Shown piece by piece: positions 53,637 through 64,000 of a stretch of DNA of 64,000 nucleotides. The position numbers were made by a program, and so were the translations under genes. The notes beneath the pieces are model-generated. The model did no database searches, had not been told where the DNA came from, and saw only the letters and a list, made by a program, of their open reading frames with translations. Positions within the stretch are counted from its first letter, which is position 1; every line of letters starts with the position of its first letter. The stretch is from assembly GCA_050084515.1 (NCBI GenBank), contig CM114271.1, positions 12,276,001-12,340,000 on the forward strand, read 5' to 3'. Source of the DNA: Blasia pusilla. Taxonomy: Eukaryota.

Positions 53637-54665
53637 TGTCGTGCGCCTACTCTCCTTGAACGTTAATCTTGTTTGTTGCGGAAGCGTGCGTTCAGTAGGT
53701 CACGCTCTCAACGCTGATCTGCATCCAAACACGCACTTCGGTTAGTCGGGTCTTGGATCAATCAGCGGGATTACTTTCCGAGTTCTCGTCTCGGACTCTC
53801 TCTTCAAGCTCAACCTTCCTAGTTTCGCGGTTTCAACACGGGCAAGTCTCAAAGACTTGGGACAGACTTTCTGGTCGGTTCGGGAACACAAACGGCGTTT
53901 CACGCCTAGCGGTTCCAAATCGTCCGATGAACATCCAATGAGTTCCTCACCAAGACTCGCACGAAGTGAATCTGGTTGGAATCCAAGTGTGGCGTACAAA
54001 GTCCACTCCCTTGGATCAGGTTTGGGTTTCGGGTTTCCGCGCCAAACTCCCGTTTCATCCCGTGCCTTTGAAACGCCGTTTGGCGCCCAAAGTGGGGTTT
54101 CGTTTCCCGAGACATCTCAGAGAAGGTACTCCCCTTACTAGTACTTCTGGGGATCTCCGGGGGCCCCCTACATTTAGGGAAAGACACCCGGGCCCCTCCA
54201 ATTGGCCCTCAACCCGATTGCTCTCTGAATCATTTTCGGCCAATATCTCAGCCTGTACTTATGCGTTTGCTGAGATCTTTCGTGCGTTGGAAGCGTCTTG
54301 AGATCAGCTTTCCAACGCGCCCTTATTTGTCCCGAACGCATCTCGGAGCTCAACGTTATGGTCCTAAACACAGTCAGATTCTCCCAAACGCTAGTCATGT
54401 TCCAAACTGGTTCTCACCTCTTTGGCAACCAACCTCCAAGACTCAACTCATCTCAAGTCTCGGCTCGCGTTTGGTCTAGGTTTCCTGGTCGCGACCACTA
54501 ACGCATGAAACGCACAACTCTGTTCCGCGTTTCGTCTCTTAGACTTTTCCAAGAGACTCTACCAAACGCCTCTCCAAAGCGCAAACCTCGCGGCGTGAGT
54601 TCCTTTGAGTTCTGATGTTTCGCTTGGCTCGTATTTGGTGTTATTTGGTTATGAGGGTCGTGACA
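53637..54665 (-). repeat. 5' LTR (1029 bp)
   Basis: Direct repeat of 47308-48331. Confidence 0.95.
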
Positions 54666-54746
54666 GTAGGAGCAACTAGACGCTTGGGGAGAATTCAAGA
54701 TAGTAGTGAGACCTAGACCCTCATGGAAGGACGCAAAAGACAAAGA

Positions 54747-57400
54747 TGTCGTGCGCATACACATCGCTACAAAACCCACATCGTTGGTCACATCTACACA
54801 CCATACAACACCGATCTTCCCCAATATATGGGTAGATCCACAAAAATACCCCTCCTAACGATAACCTGCGTGCACAGGTTACGGAGTGATCGTTGACTCA
54901 GTCAATGGGTCACTTGATGGACTAAAACCAAAATAGAGAAATTTCCATAATCGACGTTCCCAACACAATAGACCTCGCGCCAACCTCATTCGACATCTCG
55001 GGACAAAGTTACACCCAAACAGCCGGCTGCCTCACTATGCCGTCGACGCGATAGAACTGTGCCTACGTCAAAATAAGATGTGACAACTGTTGTGCGCATA
55101 CACATTGCTACACAACCCACATTGCTGATCACATCTACACACCACACAACACCGATCTTTCCCAACATACGGGTAGATCCACACATAACCAAACAAACTC
55201 ACGCATACACACTGGGATCCCACAACCGTCCCCTTAGTTGGAAATTGGGTCCCCTTAACTCCTGATAGCACACACATATATACCCGAAAAGATCTCCTAT
55301 CCTACACACATTTAGCACCATCGGTGTTATCATCCCTGCAACATTGCCACACTGTAGCAACCCGCAGTGTTGATCCCTCCAAAGAGATCTAACACTCTTG
55401 TACCCTGCTCCAAACATAGACACGGCTCCATGCCTGCCTCATGAGCTTGTCTGCACTCCACACATCTCAACGCTTGTCCCCAACAACAATAAAGAAGCTC
55501 TCCACCATGGGAAGAGACACCCACCCTGACATTTCTCTCCGTACGTGGGACTATCCGCTACCGGAATGTCCTCCGCATGTTTGCTCCTTTCCTTGAACCC
55601 TCCTGATCATTGAACATCACCTGTGAATACTGCCAACGTGGTCACCGTATCCTCACGCAGTTGACCACCACTAACTCCCACAAATTGCATTGGTAGGTGG
55701 CTCACCCGTCCATCACCTAATCGCCACCCTGGCCAATAAGAAATCATCTCCTCCCAAAAATCCAGAATGAAACCTAGAGGGTACAACACCGTACTCCCTA
55801 CCAACACATCATATGACTCTTCCGATGTCGTAATTGCCCGAGTGTGCACCATTGCACTATCCGACTCATGCTCTGGTTGGAGTCTAACCACCAATTCCTG
55901 TCGAGTCATGAATTGCGTGGGTGATACGCCCCCAATAGCGGTATGTATTTGAAAGGAACAACGCTTGATGTCGCCTTTCCGTAATCCCAACGCCAAACAC
56001 GCCGTCTTTCCTAACATCAAGGGCTGCACTCCCGAATCAAGTAGGACGCGTTGCTGGTGGTACACCATACCTGTGGGACTAACCAAGCCAAACACTCATG
56101 CTTGGTTATCCAACAACACAACACTTGGTGTGATCATGGCTCGCTCAATGGCCGGTCGAGCTGGCATGTCTACCAACTTTTCCGCCGCCGCATGCCATGA
56201 CTTAGTGGGGGACGTCTCGAGCTCCTGCTCCGAGGGCAAGTCAACCACCTCCTCAACTACCTCTGAACGAGAGGCAGTCACCTCTCCATGCTCACATGAT
56301 GTGGTGGCCAACCGGAACACCTCCGCTGGTCCAACTCCTAACGTCGCCAAATCCATGGCGGAAAAAAATGGAGCGTGGCTCACCCTAGTGGCCATCTCCA
56401 ACAACATGGTCGACAGTGGATCCTCCCGAGCCGACATAAGAGTCATCTCTCCAACTCCTCGTAACTTCGACGCACTTATCCCACCTGTGGGTACTACCGG
56501 TCATCGAGACACCAACGACGGTGTATGTAGTGCCTCCGACAATGTGAACGACTAGGGAAACATGGCTTGCCGCCCATCGATCCCCTCCTCTGGGTCAATC
56601 TCAACCCCACCTCTCGATGGGTTGATTACTCTCGCAGCACCCGGAGTCACCACCGCAGTAGCCTCAACCTGAACCGCACTACACATAAATCCCATCCCTG
56701 CAGAATCCTCACTAGCATCGTGGTATGATGTGGAGGCTGGCGCCACACTAGCTACTCTTAGCTCTGGGCCTGCCTCTAGTTGTATCATCATCATGGCAGC
56801 AATCCTCTGCTCCAACTGATTGATGCGCATAAGGAGCGTTGCATCGGATGCATGTCCTCCATCTCCCGTGATTGGTGATGGCACTCTACCACCACAATCA
56901 TCTACCACTTGATCTGCACCAACTCTCCCGCCCCCAAGTCCTCTGCCTACCTTAGGACGTACCTCCCACCAAAGATCATAACACCTATCCCTAGTGTGAC
57001 CATATTGATGACAATGATCACATTGCAACTATGGTGGGGCCATCCTAGGTGGCTCCTGAATACTCAGAGGCATCCTAGGCCCTCTACCATGTTGTGGGCA
57101 GTCCCTCTGCCTATGTGACCCACCACACTTCCAACAAGCCAACCTTGGTCCCTGCTGGGAAACATATGTCGGTGTGGGCCGTTGCCTCATCATTTCACGA
57201 TACCCGCCTTGCTCTCTGGGCCCACCGGCCCGCTCTCGTGGTACTACTGCATGTTGGGGTACCTGTGGGTCAACTCTTACTCGTCGACCCGTTGTATCCC
57301 GCAAAAATCCGGTAGTGACCACCTGCTCCTCACTCATGTTGAGCTCTATCTGCTGAGACCACTTGAAGACCACCTTCAATGTGGGCTTCGTAGTGAGACG
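54747..57400 (-). mobile_element. Internally deleted gypsy (PHD/DNMT family): gag (two CCHC), protease, DNMT motif I, PPT, LTR (54747-55224)
   Basis: ORFs 57029-57493, 56552-57028, 56096-56446 and 55607-56095 lie in one frame split by stops: CWKCGGSHRQRDC, CDHCHQYGHTRDRC, VLLDSGVQPLMLG. After a frameshift comes TRVLDLFGGINT (~55365-55400). Confidence 0.85.
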
Positions 57401-58085
57401 CACATTATCCCAAAGACACTTCTTCAATAATGACATGGAAAGTAAGATGAATCTTGAACTCTTTTGGCAGCTCCAAGGTTTACACATCCTCAAACGGGTT
57501 TGCCTTGATCACATAGGGTCCAACATACTTGGCAAATAGCTTTGCAGAAAACTCCTTCGGAAGAGTGAGATTCTTCACACCCAACCACTCTTGCTCCCCT
57601 GCTTGGAATTTCACTTGGCACCGAATCTTGTTAGCATGCTTAAGGTACCTTAGTTGAGCCTTTGCAAGACTTCTTATTGCTCACTCCTCTTGTTCTCACA
57701 TCTCCACTAACAACCTTCTGTCGTTGCTTGTCGGGTCTATGCCGATGAAGTACCCATCGCAAGGGCCAAGTCAAGAAGCCCTTCTGGTTGAGATCCATAG
57801 GGCAAAAGAAACGGAGATTCTCATGTTGCAGAATGCTTGGTTGAGTTGTAGCAATACTCGGCCATACTTAGCTACTTTGCCCAATCTTGTTGATTTGCAC
57901 TCACGTAATTCCTTAAGTATTGATTCACGATCGAATTTACCTTTTACGTGTGTCCATCTATGTGGGGACCAAAGGTGGTACTAAAATCCAGCTTGTTCCT
58001 AAACATTATGAATAAGTGCTTCCAAAAAGAATTAGTAAACTTTGGATCCCAATTTGAAACAATACTCCTAGGCAACCCATGAGTC
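57400..58085 (-). mobile_element. Chromovirus integrase fragment fused to the gag of the DNMT/PHD family
   Basis: [35 protein letters not shown]; colinear with ~49250-49930. Confidence 0.85.
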
Positions 58086-58877
58086 CATTCTTTTAGCATC
58101 CATAAAAATTTGGTGGAGAGACATCCTAAAAATGTTGACCACATTGAGTTGGTTACAATGGATAGTGCTATTTGTTTGGCGACTAGGTTAACTAGGATGG
58201 TCAGCTTAGGTGGAGGTTGGTATATGACTCGAGGGTGTAGTCATGAGGCCATGACTAACACGTCACTCAGATGACGTGGAATAATGACACATCATCAATG
58301 ATATGGACTATTTAGTGTGATGTGTCACTAATGACATGGACTATTGCTGTGACATGTCACTGATGATGTGGACTTGAGTACGACTCGTCTAGTCATATGT
58401 GTATATTTTTCTAGTTACCACCAACGACTCCTTTAGTCATGGTTGGTGTGCAAAAGTTCAGAATATCCCATCAAAATGCACCAAATATACTCCATTGAGT
58501 TATAGTCATACAATTATGACTAGAGAGAACTTGAAGCTTACTACTTTAGTTTTTGAAGAGTACTGTGCAAGTTATATTGACATGACTAGTGGGAGTATAA
58601 ATTTTGGATATTTTGGGATGTTTATTATGCCTTTTGAACGGTGCAAGAATGAATGGATGTGAATTATTGAAATCCTCTTTTGAAAACAAATTTTGAGGGG
58701 TGGAATGTCACTTAAGAGTAGCTTCCATACACCAAATTACAAATATAATCATTATTACATGGCGTTATCATTGAAAAATAAATAAAAAAAACAAAGATCA
58801 AATATAGCAGGGTTTATGATCTCATCTTGAAAGAGCAAGAGAGATTATGTCATCCATGAAAACAAAGTTATTGCACC

Positions 58878-61800
58878 TTAGATAGTTGGGTGCCAAAAGA
58901 AAAGACTATTGTATTGAATCACCTTTCTCATATGCATCTCTGGCCAGAGCATGCTTGAACCGAGAGCATCACCAAATGTTTCTTGTGCAGGTTCGTCTAT
59001 CAAATTCGGCATCCACAAAGCATGTTCTGGTTCGAACACCTCGTTTAGATCAACCCTCACCACACCTAAGGGGATGTCTTTGGCATGGAACTTGTCTCTT
59101 CCACCAAAACTTGATATAACTCCTGACCCAAGCACCATCCTACTCAACTTTGGCTTGGTGAGTAATACGTGATCACCAATTCGTAGCTAAAAAAATACAC
59201 ATGCATTTAGTTAGTATCAATTCAAATTCTTTCCACATGCATTTACACCATTAATCTGAAAATAAAAAACTGTTATGATATACCTGTTTGAAAGACCATC
59301 CCCATTTCGGAAGATGATGTGAAAAGTTCACAAGTCTTAGACGTCCATTTGACTGTCCACAACAAGAATTATCAGTGTCGTCATATAAACCTTGAATAGA
59401 AGAGGCCATTATAGATGAGATAAATTACCTTAGTTATTTTCTTAGACGAGCCTGATCTGATTTCACTTTCCTGCTCATTCAAACCATCAGATTGTAGCCT
59501 AGACTTCTGTCTTTTGGCTGGTGATGATTTGGCTTGGCTATCCATACTCACATTTTCTGCACATTATGCACAACAAAGTCCATTGAAGGTTGTAGGAAGA
59601 AATGAGTTTTGTTTCGTGGATAGTTTGAAAACTCTAGATAAATTAATAATGTCAAGGATGACATACTTACGAGTGATTTGAGTATCACCATCTGCACTTT
59701 CTGTGGAACTTCTCCTTTTGTTGCTCCGTTCTGGCACTTCAACAAACAACCCAAGTATTGAGAAATGAATTGTAAAACCAGATTCTTCACTTCAACAAGT
59801 AATTATATTATAAGACCCTACATGTAGTGAAGCTAAACTCTCTACTTACCACCCGATTGTGTAGTTGCCATTGCCTCTTTTGTGTGGAGATCTTCCTCTT
59901 CCCTAATTGTCCGGCTGTAGACGTTGGTATAGGTTCAACAGTGACTATAAGTTACTCAAAACAAAGAAAGTCAGTTGTGAAATGCTCATGTTGGAAAGGA
60001 CAAGTAGTTATAACAATTGAAAACCAAGGGCGGAAGAATGAGAATGGACTACCTGAAGTGAGCTTCTCATCTGTTGTTGCATATGGTTGAGAATTGGATG
60101 GCGGGGAACTAGAAATCTGGTGTGGTGTTGAAGACACATCCTTTGAAGTAAATTTGGACACCATTTCCATGAGTACACTTAATGCCTTGTTCTGCCGTTC
60201 CATCTGCAACTTCACATCATCCAAATCTGCGCTCCACTTCTTTTCCACTTCTTCCAATTGAATAGTGACTCTAGATTCCACACTCTGCATATATAATCCA
60301 ACGATCAATTAGGCACCAGAAAACTATGGTTTTGCAATTACACACTTAGATACAATCATGATACTAACACCATAATTCAACATGATTAAGGATATGATAC
60401 TAACTCCATAACCCAATCAGATGAAGGTCATAATACTAGCCATATCAAGCCAACGGGTAAGAAAAGAGTTATGCATTTACATTTACCGATGAACTCAATT
60501 GTGTGAAACCTGGTTGCTTAGGCAATTCGTTTCTCTCCATACATTCTAGCCTCGTGCCCAAGGACTCCTTTGAGGTACGTTGTTGCACCTGCACATGCTC
60601 CTTAAATACATTAATTATGAAATTCATGCATGTGAAAGGATTCAATGCAAATATGGAAATGAAGCAATAATGGAAGTTTTCTACCATTATATAACTTTAG
60701 CAAGAAAACTAGGGAATGCCAAGATGACTTACATCAAGTCCATCTAAACTTGCACAGCCGGAGAAATTTAAATTCTGGACCTTGGCCCTTGCTCGAGCCA
60801 TCTTTTCTGCCTTCATTTTGCCCTCCTCGGAGAGCCAATAATCTACTAATCGATTCCATGACTCCTCATTGGTATCAGGGTGACATGGGACTGCTCGATG
60901 AGCCCCATGTAATGTCCATTAGTTCTTGACATTGGATCGCTCGGTTTTCAAGAGTTGTGCTATTTTTTTCTTCATGAAATCAAGCGAAAGAGATGATGCA
61001 ACCACATATGTGTATGCCTCAAGGATGTGATTCTGAACAGCAGCCATGCTGATAGAATTTTTTTTACCAATCTCAATGCATGATAAGTCCAAGTACCTCA
61101 TCACCCATACCTTCAATTCATTTAGCCAAGGCTCATAACCAGGAACTCTAGGCGACGGAATACCATTTGGCATGAGCTCACATCTAGGTTTTAAGTTTTG
61201 CTCCTTCCTAATGGAGACATCACGAGTCCACAAATCACGCTTTGTGCGACTCTGCCGCTCTCCTACAAATATACCACCATCCCAATTCTCAGATGTAAAA
61301 AATGTAGGGCCGACGATTATAAACTCACCAAATCATAATTATGTTGAACTATATTAACTATAAGACCAACTTATACTAGTAACAGTTTCACACTTTTCAT
61401 TATACAACAACCTATTTTAGTATAAATTTGCAAACTCGGAACCAAGTGAGAAGTCACCTTTAGATGCACACGCTATGGGTCAAATTTTCTGATGGGCTTG
61501 GTGTTGTGCAAGATTGAGACCTACTACGGTATAATTCATCATACGTACTCCCGTTGGTCAATGGAGGTGCCAACGGTGTTGGGGGCGGCGGTTGGGATGG
61601 CCCATGTCCCTTGTGTCCACAAAAGAAATACAATTAGCTAGTTAGACTTCCAATTAATTGAATTCCCGTGTGCAAAACAAGAAAGAACAGAATAGTAAGC
61701 CTACTTACCTATGGGGGTGGGATGTTCATGGATGATTGAGCTCCATTGGTCCATGGTGGCTGAAATTGACTTCCATGACCCATTGGTGATTGCATCATCA

Positions 61801-62800
61801 TTGGTACCCACCACGGCATGTGGCTCTGTGCCCATGGGGGTGGATGAGGGGGATATGCTTGAGAAGGCATTATGGGTTGTGATGGAGTTCCATCCATCGG
61901 CTGCACATGCAAGTAAATGGGTGAATAAACTAAACTAGAGACCATTTCATGAGCAAAGATTAGTGAAGTCATAATGACAGGCTTCTACCACTCAATTTAT
62001 TACATACCAATCATACATATAGAGATAGTTGAATATTTGTCCATGTCTATAATTATATAACCGCATCGTTTGTATTGGTGGAATTTCGTACACTTCCTTG
62101 TTTGGATGGTTCGATTGGACGCTCCTTTGCTTGAGGCTATTCAAAACAGACATTTCGTTGTGAGTTAACACAGTAGTCATAATTCTGAAATCTGAAGAGA
62201 GTAGCAAAACAACAAGATGTGAAGAGAAAGTACCCTCCCATCCTCCAACCACAAGTCGTCATCCTCTTCAGTCCCCAAGAAATCCACCTCAAGGAGTGGA
62301 TTATAATAGGGGTCTTTGGAATCACTATTTGAACAATCTTTTCGAATCTCCTCGGGGATTACGCTTTAGTTAGTGGCCTTCTCCTCCAACCGTAAGCTGC
62401 GTCTTTGTGGAAGGGAAGGATTCCAAAATGGCAAAGGCTTGCGCTCCTTCACAACCCTTGGAGCAACAAACCTTCAAAATATGATCACACAAATTCTGTC
62501 ATATTTCCTAATGTACAACCACTATATGAACATGATACACTTGACCAAATAAAGCAAAAGAAAAAGATTATCCAAGATCATACTTACCAATCCTTCAACC
62601 CACCAAACAACTCCGCCTCTTTGGCCTTTCTTTCTTTCACTCTACGATTCCTTTCTTCTTCGTATGGATTAGGACTTTGTTGAACATTATCTATACCATC
62701 CCAAGATGAACTCTGATTGGATTCCACGTTCTCTTCAGTCATATCAGGTACACAGTTCCAAGCGCCTCCCTCCCTCTGTAGACGACAAGTTAGCAAGAAT
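58878..62800 (-). pseudogene. CACTA TnpA-like multi-exon gene (PTTA/Transposase_24-like region and C-terminal DUF8039-like domain)
   Basis: Exon-like blocks with GT..AG ends: EEERNRRVKERK..(62585-62790), a Pro/Gln-rich block (61709-61900), PWLNELKVWVMRYLDLS (60919-61233), a coiled coil (~60050-60290), and FHAKDIPLGVVRVDL..ALGSSMLWP (58878-59147). Confidence 0.7.
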
Positions 62801-62971
62801 AACACCTAACTTGACGGGAATTCGAGAGTTCTACTTGTTGCCGTAGAGTTTCATTCCATTATGCCCAACAACACCAGAATTCACTTACATCCTCGTAACA
62901 AAAGTCAATTATTTGAATCATACCAAAAAAACACACAATGATGAGTACCAAAGAAACAACTATGAATTAAT

Positions 62972-64000
62972 CTAATCTGATTCCGAGTTATTAGAGTCTG
63001 AATCAACATCTTCTATCATATCGCATACATGGATTATTGGCACATGTTGCACATCCACTCTAGTAGTTTCCATCTCTGCATCACTTAGGACTCTAGCTCC
63101 TAAGGTACTTGCATCTAGTAGATTCCCTGGTTCCATGCATGTGGCATGGAAGGTGGGCAAAACATTACAAGCTCCATCTAGCGACTCTAAGTCATCAAAA
63201 TAAACTCTCCAAGCTCTAGAAACCTTCCTCATTACCACTTTCCATCCTACACCCTCATCGGCATCTCCATAAAACATTTGTTGCACTTGTGATGGGAAAA
63301 AAAGTGGTTGGTGATCTAATGGCTCGCATGACCTCAAGTTGGCCAACAGAAAACCCTCCTTATCTAATTTCATGGATCCTACTCTTGAATCCCAATCTGC
63401 TTTAACTCACCGCCCTCGCATTAGTATTATGGGTTGTTCTACAACCCCATAATCAAGTAAGAGAATATCAACCAACACTCCAACATATGAGTATAGATGA
63501 TTCTGGTTGGAACTTTTTTCATCAACAAATACTGCACCTATTCCACTATCATAAGTGGAGAAGGGTGTCGCACCACTTGGCCCTTCTACCCTAAAGTGGT
63601 TTCCGTAGGCTTTCATACTCTTGAATGACAATGCCCTACTATTAGGAGGTATAGCTAACGATAGTAGGTGAGCATCAGGATCTTTTGAGTTGTCAATTGC
63701 ATCCTGTGTAATGGCAAGGCGAATCCACTTTTCAAAAGGAATGTCTCTCGAACATAACTCATATTTCCTATTCAATAACAATGTTAATGGTATTAGTACA
63801 TTATTTTGTATTTAATGTGTCAATACCAAAATAATATACACTTTGAGAGTCCGAACCGTAATTCACATAACTATAACCTTGAAAAGCATATATTGGAGAG
63901 TTTTACCTTTTCCAATCAACCATGACCTCTGTATTATGCAACACATAATGATGTGCTAAGTTGATCATTTCTTGCAAAAGTCGAACTGGAGTGCCCGCAC
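62972..64000 (-). pseudogene. CACTA TnpD transposase C-terminus (DUF4216 region) with one nonsense mutation
   Basis: AYGNHFRVE..TYDSGIGAVF..YVGVLVDILLLDYG..ILMRGR*VK..FFPSQVQQMFY..GWKVVMR. ORFs 63407-63781 and 62972-63373 are in frame across a TGA at an expected Trp. Confidence 0.88.

Larger units (their letters stand above)
47308..54665 (-). mobile_element. Full-length Ty3/gypsy chromovirus LTR retrotransposon (7.36 kb)
   Basis: Near-identical TG..CA LTRs, 5-bp TSD GTAGG (47303-47307 and 54666-54670), PBS, PPT, and domain order gag-PR-RT-RH-INT-chromodomain. Confidence 0.97.
58200..64000 (-). mobile_element. CACTA (En/Spm) transposon, 3' portion (continues beyond the window)
   Basis: TnpD C-terminus followed by a multi-exon TnpA-like gene; palindromic subterminal repeats (TGTCA..TGA..TGGAC) at ~58250-58375. 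No clear TIR seen. Confidence 0.85.

Overview
This is a eukaryotic, repeat-dense plant genomic window. It is probably from a bryophyte or liverwort, inferred from Arabidopsis-type telomere repeats and TE content rather than verified. It is almost entirely nested, decayed transposable elements, and I found no intact host protein-coding gene. (1) A young full-length Ty3/gypsy chromovirus lies at 47308-54665 (minus strand), with ~1.02-kb LTRs, a GTAGG TSD, a tRNA-iMet PBS and a chromodomain; several older fragments of the same family are also present. (2) A second Ty3/gypsy family is present as five or more fragments. These fragments share LTR, PPT and 3'UTR sequence and together show gag (two CCHC knuckles), protease, a C5 DNA-methyltransferase motif I, an integrase C-terminus and a PHD finger. 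(3) Two inverted copies of a DUF7869/Sola-like DDE transposase pseudogene each have a palindrome-rich array upstream and telomere-like repeats downstream. (4) Two CACTA remnants, a hAT-like non-autonomous element inside the telomeric array, a rolling-circle-like terminus and a decayed intronless protein kinase are also present. A ~5-kb unique, hairpin-rich island (13.0-18.3 kb) remains unexplained. The best candidate for a novel system is the gypsy family that appears to encode both a DNA-methylation writer and a histone-tail reader.
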